DNA of 64,000 nt from Deltaproteobacteria bacterium. Lineage in GTDB: Bacteria; Myxococcota_A; UBA9160; SMWR01. Position numbers and translations under genes: made by a program. This document shows, one piece after another, positions 17,622-26,696 of the stretch. Each line of letters starts with the position of its first letter. The stretch's first letter is position 1. The notes under the pieces were generated by a model. That model made no database searches and had not been told where the DNA came from. It saw nothing but the letters and a program-made list of their open reading frames with translations. The stretch lies in the NCBI GenBank assembly GCA_032128375.1, contig JAQBGU010000034.1:1-64000 (forward strand), given 5' to 3'.

Positions 17622-18527
17622 ATGGACAGCCAGGCACGCCTTGGGCGACGCTTCGTCAGCGCTGCAACCGCCATCTGCACCACTTGGTTCGCGACCAGCA
17701 CCTCGACCGCGGTCCAAGATGTGCAGCTGACAACCGTCCGTGGTGAAGCTTCCATCGCAGAAGTTGCACTGACCGAGCGCAGCCAGCTGCCCGAAGGCCA
17801 GGACCTGATGACGGGCGACGACGGCAACCTGTCGGTGCTGCTCGATCGCAATGCTGTCGTCGAGCTGTGTGGCCACAGTCGGGTGAATTTCAGTCGAGAC
17901 GAAACCTCGGGAACCCGAATCGTGAATATCCAAGCGGGTGAGGTGAAGCTGGTCGTCGAGCCCCGGAACGCGGGTAACCGGATCGAGATCCACACGCCGG
18001 CAGCGATCGCGACGATTCTCGGAACCGTCGTTTACGTATCGGTCGATCCGGTAACCGGTGCGACGACCATCTCTTCGTCGCAAAGCCAGGTCAACATCCG
18101 GAGCGTCGATGACGCTGGGGCTGCGGGTACCACGATCAGTGCGAACGAGCAGCTGTCAGTCGTGCCGGGCCAGCAACCGCAAGCGAAAAAGTCCATCAGC
18201 AACGACCAGATCGCGGCGCTGGCCGGCTGCCTGCTCGACTTCCACGAAATGGCTTTGGAGACGGATCGGATTCCACAGGAAAACAAATCGGTCGAGCGAG
18301 TTGCGATCGCGGACGTCGGTGGTGCCGATCTACCGCCGATCGAGACGGGTCGCGCGGCTGGGCCCATGATCGATCCCGGCGGAGACACCGGGGGCGATTC
18401 CGACATCGACGTCGAACTAGAACCGACCGACACCAATCAGGAAGCGTTGGAGCCGCCGGAGATGGAGCCGCCGATGGAGCCGCCGATGGAACCGCCCTTT
18501 CCGTTCCGGGGAGAGCAGCAACGCTAG
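17622..18527 (+). CDS. Exported FecR-domain protein with acidic/Pro-rich tail
   Basis: Signal-like N-terminus; LMTGDDGNLSVLL, IEIHTPAAIATILGT FecR motif; tail with MEPP repeats; alternative start 17595. Confidence 0.8.
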   Translation: MDSQARLGRRFVSAATAICTTWFATSTSTAVQDVQLTTVRGEASIAEVALTERSQLPEGQDLMTGDDGNLSVLLDRNAVVELCGHSRVNFSRDETSGTRIVNIQAGEVKLVVEPRNAGNRIEIHTPAAIATILGTVVYVSVDPVTGATTISSSQSQVNIRSVDDAGAAGTTISANEQLSVVPGQQPQAKKSISNDQIAALAGCLLDFHEMALETDRIPQENKSVERVAIADVGGADLPPIETGRAAGPMIDPGGDTGGDSDIDVELEPTDTNQEALEPPEMEPPMEPPMEPPFPFRGEQQR

Positions 18528-18555
18528 TGCTCGCGAGGCCACCGACTCGGCTCGG

Positions 18556-21500
18556 CTACATCACGCCGGAGAAGATGAAGTTCGCCCAGATCAAAGGACG
18601 GCGTATGCCGAGGCGTGCTTCGTCCTGCAGCTGTTGGAGTTTTGCGCTGCGCAGCGCTTCGGCGCCGCGCAGCGAATCCGCGGGCAAGTCCTCGCTGGCC
18701 AACGCAGTATAGAAGCTCGACATCATGCGGCGGGTCGCCGCGTCATTGCTGCGCCACAGGCTCGTGACCATGGCTTGCGCACCGGCAGCGCGGAATCCCC
18801 AACGCAGCCCCTGCACCTCCTGGCCGCGCAGCGCAAGACCCGTACCGGTGTCGCACGCCGAAAGCACGACGAGCCCGGCACTTCTCATATCGAGTCCGGC
18901 GACTTCGTACGCGGTCAAGATGCCACTTTCGGATTCGGCATCGACTCGATCTGGCCGGTTTGCGCCCGCGAGCACGATGCCACTCAATAGCAGTGGATTC
19001 GGTGAGATGGCCTTCTCGCGCAGTTCGTCGCTGTCTGTTTGAGCCCCGCAGCCACCGGTACCCGCGAAATACGCATGGGTGGCGAAGTGCACCAGCCACG
19101 GCTGGCTTTTCAATTCCTGTTCGAGCCGCTTCTTGGTGACTTCGGCGCCTGTCACCGTAGTCGATTCGGACAATAGCCCGGCGATGTCCTGGAGTTCGCT
19201 TTCGGTCGCGGGGAGCATTTCGAACGGCTGCAGCTGACACGGACCCGCGTCCGTCAGTACCACCGGACCGCCATTTTCGCCGCCACCGAAATCCGGCGCG
19301 CCGATCAGCAGGGATCGCCGCAATTCGGCAGCCAGCTGCTTTGAATTGGACTCGCGGCGCTTCGACTCGGCCAGCTCGTAGGTCGATGTCAGGTATCCCA
19401 CCGTCACTCGCTCGAGGAGATAGTGGTTCGGGTCTTCGGGGTCGGGGAGGACTCCGAGCGGTATCCCCCAGAGCGCACCGTCGGGGACGACATGCCAGCG
19501 TTTGACGCCCGCCAGTAGCGGCGCCAAGGGTACGAGCACGGCCTCACCCAGTTCGAGTCGGGCGATCGGCTGGTCCATCAGTTGGTCGCGCATCGCACTG
19601 GCGAATTTCTCAGCCGACTGTGTCAGCTTCGCACCTTCGCCGAGCTCGACCCGCGTCACTTCACAGCCGTCGCCGCGTACAACCAGCGCGGTGTAGGCCG
19701 AAACGGTTTCTGTGGCGTCGCCCTTCAGTGTTCGGTCGTAGGCGATGATCTTGATCAGCGCGGCATCTGATGGGAGCTGCTGACACGCGCGCTCGAGCAC
19801 TTCACGTGGTTCGAGGTTCGCTTCCTCTTTGCCGTCGCTCTGAAGAACCTCGAGGCCCTCGATGGCCTGTGCGAGCGCTTGGACCCGCTGCGCCGTGTCG
19901 GGGCCGTGGCCGAGGACCGCCGCGACATAGCGCTTGCGCAACTCGGTGAGTTCGGTCGCGAACCGCCCATCGCCGCGTTCGCTGGCTCGGCGCGCTGCGA
20001 TGCTTCGCAATACGGAGTCGCGGTGCGGCAGCAATGCGACAAACAAGTCTTTTGCGTCGACGTCGGACACGCTTAGCAGCGCGCCGATGACCTGGTTGCT
20101 GTCCTGGGAAAGCAGCGCGCGCTGACGGTCGGAAATCGCGCCGAGGGTTCGCTGCGTGAAGGTCACGATCGATCGCGCCGCAGCAACCGCCGACGAGAGT
20201 GCTGTGGTTTGATCTCCCATCGCAAGCGCGGTCTGCGCGCGCGTAGTGCGCGCGCGCGCCACCAATGGGTGCTCCGGCCCCAGCGCCACCAACAGGACAT
20301 CGATCGCGCTATCGATCTCGGCTGCGGCTTCGACCAGCTGGCCGCGCTGGGCGAGGAGTCGTCCTCGAGCCAAGCGGGTCGGTGCGAGGTCGGGGTGGCT
20401 GTTTCCCAGAACTCGGATCTGAGCTGTGAGTACGCCATTCAACAGCTCTTCCGCCCGCTCCGCGTTGCCGAGGTTGAACTCCATCACTGCCAGGTTTCGA
20501 ACCACCGCGGCGACTATCGGGTGATCCGCCCCAAGAACCGATTGGAGGTCTGTGACGGCAGCCGCGTATTCGTCGGCGGCCTGGCGGTTCTTGTGCGCTC
20601 CCCATTTCGCCAATGCGAGGTTGGTACGAACCCGAATGGTGTCGACACTCATTTCCCCCTGCGTCTCACGGAGGCTATCGAGCGCCGCCATGAAGGCTCC
20701 ATCGGCGTTTGACCAGTCACCGATATCGGCCAGCAGCACACCGATCGAGTTCTGGGTGCGCGCTGTCTCCGCGTGCTTGGGGCCCAGGGTTTCCCGACGC
20801 AGTTTCAGGGTCTCGCGGTACGCGGATGTTGCGGCCGGGAAATCGCCGGCCAGCCGAAACGCATCGGCCTGCAGTTGCAATACGGCTGCGGTCGAAGGGT
20901 GATTCGCGCCGTAGATCTGACGGTGTCCCATCAGAGCCCGGTCGAGGTGGACCATGGCTTCGCGCGGTGACCCGAGTAGCAGTGATGTGTAGCCCCTCAC
21001 CTCGTCGAGTTCGGCCTGATCGGCGGGTTGTAGATCGATGTCCTTCAAGCGGTTGAGTTGCCCTTGCGCCCGTTCGAGGTCACCTGCCTGCGCGTAGAGC
21101 CGCGCGTAGTCGATCCGGTAGGTGGTCGCCCCGATCTGGGAGGCGAGTTCTTCTGCGACCATGGCTTCGCGAATCGCGAGATCGCTCTTACCGAGCTGAA
21201 GCAGAACTTTTGCCAGCAGATCGTGAATCTTGATCTGCTCCGCGGGCGGAGCAGCGGACTCGATCGTTTCCTTTGCGAGCTGCGCGGCTTCGAGTGCATC
21301 GCGATACAGCGCACGCTCGTAGAGCTTGAAGCCGGTGTCGAGATGTTGGGTGTAGGTAATCTTGTCGAGGGTCTTCTGCGCGGGCGCTGGTGTGCAAGCG
21401 CGCAACTTCTTGAATGCGCGCCCGAGAGCCGCGTCGATCTCACGATCGCTCGATTCGCCGTCGCCCGGTTCACTGCCACCGGCGTACAGACGCACCAGCA

Positions 21501-21750
21501 CCGCCGCATCGTGGCCCGAGCCGTACTCCTGGCTCACGGCTGACAGAAGCTCTGCCAGCACCGGTTTGGAATCGGCTTCGCTCTTGCACAGCGAGGCGGC
21601 TTCGAGCGTGAGTGCAACGAGTTCGGCAGTCTCAGCGCCAACAGTGCCGGGTCCGAGCAGTAACACGGCCGCGAACGTCGCAGAGAACTGCAACGCCAGA
21701 TGCAAGAATCTCAAGCGCAACCGGCTCGCCGTGGTGTGGATGTCAGGCAA
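18556..21750 (-). CDS. TPR-CHAT caspase-like cysteine protease, predicted exported
   Basis: Kinesin-light-chain-type TPRs (GANHPSTAAVL, GPKHAETA, GADHPIVA, GNSHPDLA, GPEHPLVA); CHAT motifs VVPDGAL, VHFATHAYF, VVLSACDTG, TSLW, WANF; hydrophobic signal-like N-terminus; start uncertain (21750 or 21798). Confidence 0.88.
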   Translation of the reverse strand: MPDIHTTASRLRLRFLHLALQFSATFAAVLLLGPGTVGAETAELVALTLEAASLCKSEADSKPVLAELLSAVSQEYGSGHDAAVLVRLYAGGSEPGDGESSDREIDAALGRAFKKLRACTPAPAQKTLDKITYTQHLDTGFKLYERALYRDALEAAQLAKETIESAAPPAEQIKIHDLLAKVLLQLGKSDLAIREAMVAEELASQIGATTYRIDYARLYAQAGDLERAQGQLNRLKDIDLQPADQAELDEVRGYTSLLLGSPREAMVHLDRALMGHRQIYGANHPSTAAVLQLQADAFRLAGDFPAATSAYRETLKLRRETLGPKHAETARTQNSIGVLLADIGDWSNADGAFMAALDSLRETQGEMSVDTIRVRTNLALAKWGAHKNRQAADEYAAAVTDLQSVLGADHPIVAAVVRNLAVMEFNLGNAERAEELLNGVLTAQIRVLGNSHPDLAPTRLARGRLLAQRGQLVEAAAEIDSAIDVLLVALGPEHPLVARARTTRAQTALAMGDQTTALSSAVAAARSIVTFTQRTLGAISDRQRALLSQDSNQVIGALLSVSDVDAKDLFVALLPHRDSVLRSIAARRASERGDGRFATELTELRKRYVAAVLGHGPDTAQRVQALAQAIEGLEVLQSDGKEEANLEPREVLERACQQLPSDAALIKIIAYDRTLKGDATETVSAYTALVVRGDGCEVTRVELGEGAKLTQSAEKFASAMRDQLMDQPIARLELGEAVLVPLAPLLAGVKRWHVVPDGALWGIPLGVLPDPEDPNHYLLERVTVGYLTSTYELAESKRRESNSKQLAAELRRSLLIGAPDFGGGENGGPVVLTDAGPCQLQPFEMLPATESELQDIAGLLSESTTVTGAEVTKKRLEQELKSQPWLVHFATHAYFAGTGGCGAQTDSDELREKAISPNPLLLSGIVLAGANRPDRVDAESESGILTAYEVAGLDMRSAGLVVLSACDTGTGLALRGQEVQGLRWGFRAAGAQAMVTSLWRSNDAATRRMMSSFYTALASEDLPADSLRGAEALRSAKLQQLQDEARLGIRRPLIWANFIFSGVM

Positions 21751-21773
21751 CGCGGAATGATATCCCTGCTGAT

Positions 21774-23849
21774 CTAGCCGAGTTCGGGGATCGAGCAATA
21801 GAGCTCCAATGCTTCGGGGTTCGCGAGCGCTTCCCGGTTTGCAACAGGGCGGCCGTGCACGATATCGCGCACCGCGAGTTCGACGATCTTCCCGCTTCGG
21901 GTTCTTGGGATATCCGCAACAGCAACCACGACGTCGGGAACATGTCGAGGGCTGGCATGGGTCCGAATCTGCAGGCGGATCCGGTCGACCAGGTTTGCGT
22001 CCAACACGACCCCCTCGCGCAACCGAACGAACAAGACGATGCGGACGTCAAGTTTCCAATCTTGTCCGATCACGAGGCTCTCCAGCACCTCGTCCATCTG
22101 TTCGACCTGGCGATAAATCTCCGCGGTCCCGATTCGAATACCGCCGGGGTTCAATACCGCATCGGACCGTCCGTAGATGATGATTCCATCGTGCTCGGTG
22201 ATTTCGGCGAAGTCGCCCTGACACCAGACGCCGGGGAACCGCTCGTAATACGCCGCCCGGTATCGGGCTCCTCCGGGGTCGTTCCAAAAGCCCACGGGCA
22301 TCGACGGAATCGGCGCGCGACACACGAGCTCACCTTTGATCTGTCGCACCGACGAACCCGACTCGTCGTACACCGCTACGTCCACACCGAGGCAGCGCGT
22401 CTGGATTTCTCCGCGGTAGATCGGACCGATCGGATTTCCCCCGACAAAACACGATACGATGTCGGTCCCACCGGAAATCGACGACAAGCAGACGTCTTGT
22501 TTGATGTTCTCGTATACGTAGTCGTAGCTCTCGGCGACTAGCGGTGAGCCAGTAGACAAGATGGTCTCGAGCGCGCCGAGATCGTGGGTTCGGACCGGTG
22601 CCAGGCGCGCCTTGGCGATCGAGTCGATGAATTTCGCCGATGTTCCGAAGACCTTCATCCGCTCTCGCTGAGCGAGATCGAACAACACGTTGCCATCGGG
22701 ATGGAACGGGGATCCGTCGTACAGAAGGACTGTCGCTTCCGAGCCGAGACCTGAGATCAACCAGTTCCACATCATCCATCCGCAGGTCGTGAAGTAGAAC
22801 AAACGATCACCAGGCCGGATGTCGACGTGTAGTCGATGTTCTTTCAAGTGCTGAAGCAGCGTTCCGCCAGCGCCATGAACGATGCATTTGGGTGCGCCGG
22901 TCGTTCCCGATGAATACAAGATGAACAGCGGGTGGTCGAACGGAAAGGCTTCGAACGAAACAGGGGTGGGCGAGCTTGCGTCGCGACCCTGGTGCAGCGC
23001 TTCGAAATAGTCGATGCAGTCAAGCGAGTCTACAAGCGGGCCGCGCGCGCGATCGCGGCCGGCGTACGGCACCCTCACGGTGTGTTCGATCGACGGGATT
23101 TCGCGACGAATCTGCGTTCCGCGGTCGCTCGTGTCGTGCCACTTCCCGGCGTAGTAGTACCCATCGCAGAAGAACAAAACGGCGGGCTCGATCTGACCAA
23201 AGCGGTCGAGTACACCTCGTACGCCGAAATCGGGCGAGCACGACGACCAGATGGCTCCGAGGCTGGCCGTGGCGAGCATCGCGACGACGGCTTCTGGCAG
23301 ATTCGGCAGATACGCAGCGACTCGGTCTCCCGAACTGATGCCCAACTGACGCAGGCTGGTGCGCATCGCCAAGACATCACTGTAGAGCTGTGCGTGAGTG
23401 AGTGTTCGGCGCTCGCGGTCTTCACCCTGGAAGATCAGCGCCGGCGAGTCGTCGCGACGTCGCAGCAGGTTTTCGGCGAAATTCAGTTGGGCGTCGGGGA
23501 ACCACCGCGCGCCCGGCATCTGTCCGGGGTTGGCCAAGACGACGTCTCCCCGGCTCGTGGCCCGAACGTCGACAAACGACCACAGTGTCGTCCAGAAGCG
23601 CTCCGGCTCGTCGACCGACCAGCGCTGCAGATGCGAAAAATTCGCGACCTGTATTCCCCAATCTCGTTCGACTGCCCGCATGAACGCGGTCGCGTTGGCC
23701 GCTTCGATGCGTTCGGGCGACGGGGTCCAAATTGGCCCGCTTGCGGTCTTTGATGGATTCGACGTCGTTGACTCGACCAAGGAGGCTCCTGCCCGCCGCG
23801 TCCCGCTCGCACCCGAGCGGCCCGTTCGAGGGGTCTTTGCGCGCGTCAT
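21774..23849 (-). CDS. acsA: Acetoacetate-CoA ligase
   Basis: LNFAENLL, WSSCSPDFG, YSSGTTGAPKCIVH, TTCGWMMWNW, SISGGTD, GRSDAVLNPGGIRIGTAEIY; start uncertain. Confidence 0.9.
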   Translation of the reverse strand: MTRAKTPRTGRSGASGTRRAGASLVESTTSNPSKTASGPIWTPSPERIEAANATAFMRAVERDWGIQVANFSHLQRWSVDEPERFWTTLWSFVDVRATSRGDVVLANPGQMPGARWFPDAQLNFAENLLRRRDDSPALIFQGEDRERRTLTHAQLYSDVLAMRTSLRQLGISSGDRVAAYLPNLPEAVVAMLATASLGAIWSSCSPDFGVRGVLDRFGQIEPAVLFFCDGYYYAGKWHDTSDRGTQIRREIPSIEHTVRVPYAGRDRARGPLVDSLDCIDYFEALHQGRDASSPTPVSFEAFPFDHPLFILYSSGTTGAPKCIVHGAGGTLLQHLKEHRLHVDIRPGDRLFYFTTCGWMMWNWLISGLGSEATVLLYDGSPFHPDGNVLFDLAQRERMKVFGTSAKFIDSIAKARLAPVRTHDLGALETILSTGSPLVAESYDYVYENIKQDVCLSSISGGTDIVSCFVGGNPIGPIYRGEIQTRCLGVDVAVYDESGSSVRQIKGELVCRAPIPSMPVGFWNDPGGARYRAAYYERFPGVWCQGDFAEITEHDGIIIYGRSDAVLNPGGIRIGTAEIYRQVEQMDEVLESLVIGQDWKLDVRIVLFVRLREGVVLDANLVDRIRLQIRTHASPRHVPDVVVAVADIPRTRSGKIVELAVRDIVHGRPVANREALANPEALELYCSIPELG

Positions 23850-23954
23850 GGTAGCGTCGCTTGGGATGCGGATGGCACGCTGGGTTGCGCGTGGGTGGGT
23901 CAATACTCACAATGCCGACGTGGGGCTGGTGATGCGGCGAAACGGGAGGGGGAA

Positions 23955-24122
23955 ATGGAGTACACCATTGCTGCCTATGTCATTGTGGTCGGGGCACTGG
24001 TCGCCTACGGGCTCCGTGTGCATCAACAACGTCGCGCGCTGATTCGACGCGCCGCGGAACCTGCCGCGTCTACTGCCACGGCCACGGCAACGGACGAGCC
24101 CACTGCTGCATCGTCTTCCTGA
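23955..24122 (+). CDS. Small single-TM protein, CcmD-like
   Basis: MEYTIAAYVIVVGALVAYGLRVHQQRRALIRR: YxxxAY + TM + basic tail; purine-rich SD. Confidence 0.55.
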   Translation: MEYTIAAYVIVVGALVAYGLRVHQQRRALIRRAAEPAASTATATATDEPTAASSS

Positions 24123-24157
24123 AAGCTGCTCATCGACCTGTTCATTGACATCCATTA

Positions 24158-25015
24158 TTGGCCCCGATTCTCTGGCCGGATACAGCGTTGGAATCCAAAC
24201 CGCGGGAAAGCTTCGCCAGCTGCGTCGAATTGCCCGACCCTCAGATCGACTTGTGTGAGGCCGCACTGTGGGTCGCGGCCGAGGAATACCCGGCGCTGGA
24301 TGTATCGGCCTACCTCGCGCAGCTCGATGGGCTCGCCCAGTCGGTGAGGGTGCGATTGAGCCCGGCGAGTTCGGCGGCTGATCGGGTGGTCGCGCTGAAC
24401 CGCGTGCTGTTCGACGAGCAGGGGTTCAAGGGCAATCGCGAAGACTACTACGATCCGCGCAACAGCTACCTCAATGAGGTATTCGACCGCCGGACGGGGA
24501 TACCCATCACGCTCTGCCTCGTTTACATCGGAGTCGCACAGCGGCTCGGTCTGGAGGCCGCCGGCGTGAATTTTCCGGGCCATTTTCTCACCCGAGTCGA
24601 AGCTCCGGAGACGCTCATCGTGGACCCCTTCAGCGGCGCGGTGCTCGGTGCCAACGAGTGCCAACGGCGGCTCGAAGCCGCGAGCGGTCGAGCTCAGGTT
24701 CTGCGACCTGCGATCCACTTGAAAGCGGCGCGGCCGCGTGAGATTCTGGTCCGACTGTTATCGAATCTCAAGCAGGTATTCCTCGCGAATGCCGACCTAG
24801 CGCGCGCCGTTGCGTGCATCGATCGCATCTTGATCGTGATGCCGGGCGCCCACGGCGAACTGCGCGATCGGGGGCTGGTTTTCGAACAGCTCGGGTACTT
24901 CGCGGCCGCTGCGTCGGATCTCGAGCGCTTCTTGGAATTGGCACCGCACGACCACTCGGCTTCGGCGATCGCGCAACGGCTCGCGGCGGTTCGGATGCGA
25001 CTGAGAATCCACTAG
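24158..25015 (+). CDS. SirB1-family transglutaminase-like + TPR protein
   Basis: GFKGNREDYYDPRNSYLN, RTGIPITL, GVNFPGHF, VDPF, ELRDRGL. Confidence 0.88.
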   Translation: MAPILWPDTALESKPRESFASCVELPDPQIDLCEAALWVAAEEYPALDVSAYLAQLDGLAQSVRVRLSPASSAADRVVALNRVLFDEQGFKGNREDYYDPRNSYLNEVFDRRTGIPITLCLVYIGVAQRLGLEAAGVNFPGHFLTRVEAPETLIVDPFSGAVLGANECQRRLEAASGRAQVLRPAIHLKAARPREILVRLLSNLKQVFLANADLARAVACIDRILIVMPGAHGELRDRGLVFEQLGYFAAAASDLERFLELAPHDHSASAIAQRLAAVRMRLRIH

Positions 25016-25026
25016 AAGCGGGTCTA

Positions 25027-25215
25027 CTAGCGATTTTCGAGCTGGCAAGCCGTATCGCAGAACGGATCCGGCTCCGGCTCCGGGCCAGGTCCAGGCCCGG
25101 GCCCCGGATTGGAGAAATTGCCATCCTTGATCGTTCTTTCACAACCCGACCCGACGATCGCGACTCCCAGAAGGGCCACCGCGACGAGAAACCAACATGA
25201 GAGGCGCCGGCGCAA
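25027..25215 (-). CDS. Small predicted lipoprotein with Pro-Gly/Pro-Glu linker and C-terminal Cys pair
   Basis: SD AGGAG + TTG; basic n-region, hydrophobic h-region, lipobox-like GSG-C; PGPGPGPGPEPEPDPFCDTAC. Confidence 0.6.
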   Translation of the reverse strand: MRRRLSCWFLVAVALLGVAIVGSGCERTIKDGNFSNPGPGPGPGPEPEPDPFCDTACQLENR

Positions 25216-25454
25216 GTTGTTCTCCTAGATCAGATCGATCCAATTTCGGGCATCGCATCGGCGTCTGGCGTCGATCGTGCACTCCAGTCTTTATCAGTAT
25301 TCGACTGGAAGTTCCAGGTCTTGGTACCGCCGTTTGGGACAATATGCGGTTGGTACGTGTTTCTTTCGCCCCGTCCACAGGCCAACGCGATTGACGGGTT
25401 TTGCCAGAATTCTTGTCGGCGTCTGCACGGCGGCTCGCGCTCTTTCGCGGTGAC

Positions 25455-26696
25455 TTACAACAAGATTCCCGCAACGCAGCCAGTCATGAACGTCGCGAGC
25501 GATCCCGACAGAATTGAGCGCATTCCGAGCTGCGCGACGTCGGCGCGTCGGCTTGGCGCGATGCCCCCGATGCCGCCCAACAGGATTGCCAGCGACCCGA
25601 AATTCGCAAAACCGCACAATGCGTAAGAGGCGATTACCACTGACCGCGGTGACAGCGCGCCAGATTCGATCAGGCGCGCGAGTTCGCCATAGGCGATGAA
25701 TTCGTTGAGTACCGTCTTCATGCCCAACAGTGCGCCGATACTCGGAGCATCCTGCCAGGGCACGCCGAGCAGCCACGCGACCGGCGCCAATGCGATACCC
25801 AATAGCTTTTGCATGCTCAGGTCTTCGACGCCGGCTAGCGACCCGAGACCGCCGATGACTGCGTTGATCAGCGCGATGAGTGCGACGAACGACAACAACA
25901 ATGCGCCGACATAGGCGGCCAATCGCAGACCCGCGATCGCGCCCTGGGCGGCTGCATCGATCACGTTGACCGAGGTCCGCGGCTCCGTAGTCCCGTCGGC
26001 CGTGGCCCCGCTCGGCAAATAGGTCTCCGGCGTTTGCGTCTCGGGAATCATGACCTTCGCGATGAGAATTCCGGCTGGCGCCGACAGCAGGCTCGCGGTC
26101 GCGAGATGCCCCGCGAAATCACCACCGCCGAGCATGCCGACGTAGCTGAGCATCACCGACCCAGCGACAGTCGCCATTCCCATCGTCATCAACAAGAACA
26201 GCTCTGAGCGCGTCATGCGTTCGAGATACGGCTTTACGAGCAATGCCGATTCGGTCATTCCCAAAAACAGGTTCGCGACGGCTGCCAGGCTCTCGGCACC
26301 CGAAGTTCCCATGATGGTTGAAAGCAACCGCGACAGCAGAGCGACCGCTCGCTGCATGACACCCAGGTGGTAGAGCACCGCGAACACACTTCCCATGAAG
26401 ATGATGATCGGCAACACATTGATCACGAACGAAAAGCCAGTGTCCGCCAATGCGCCGAACACGAATCGTGAACCGATATCGGTGTAGGTCTGCAGCGCGG
26501 TCGCCAGTGCGTTCATTCCGTCGAAGAACGGGCCCCCGGCGGGCGTCTTGAGCAGTAGCACCCCGAGCGAGAACTGCAGGCCGAGTCCCCACGCCACGAT
26601 TCGCCACGGGAACCGGCTGCGGTCAGTCGAAAAAACCCATGCGATCGCGAGCATCACCACCATCCCCAATGCGGAAACCGCGCGCTCGGCGATCAT
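25455..26696 (-). CDS. nupC: NupC/CNT family nucleoside transporter
   Basis: NVLPIIIF, TSGAESL, GMATVAGSV, KTVLNEFIAY, YALCGFANFGS; ATGA overlap with thiE. Confidence 0.92.
   Translation of the reverse strand: MIAERAVSALGMVVMLAIAWVFSTDRSRFPWRIVAWGLGLQFSLGVLLLKTPAGGPFFDGMNALATALQTYTDIGSRFVFGALADTGFSFVINVLPIIIFMGSVFAVLYHLGVMQRAVALLSRLLSTIMGTSGAESLAAVANLFLGMTESALLVKPYLERMTRSELFLLMTMGMATVAGSVMLSYVGMLGGGDFAGHLATASLLSAPAGILIAKVMIPETQTPETYLPSGATADGTTEPRTSVNVIDAAAQGAIAGLRLAAYVGALLLSFVALIALINAVIGGLGSLAGVEDLSMQKLLGIALAPVAWLLGVPWQDAPSIGALLGMKTVLNEFIAYGELARLIESGALSPRSVVIASYALCGFANFGSLAILLGGIGGIAPSRRADVAQLGMRSILSGSLATFMTGCVAGILL

Noticed and set aside
18556..21798. CRISPR-associated or gasdermin-activating CHAT defence system
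   Set aside because: No cas7-11, SAVED domain, gasdermin or sigma factor nearby; the protein appears exported.
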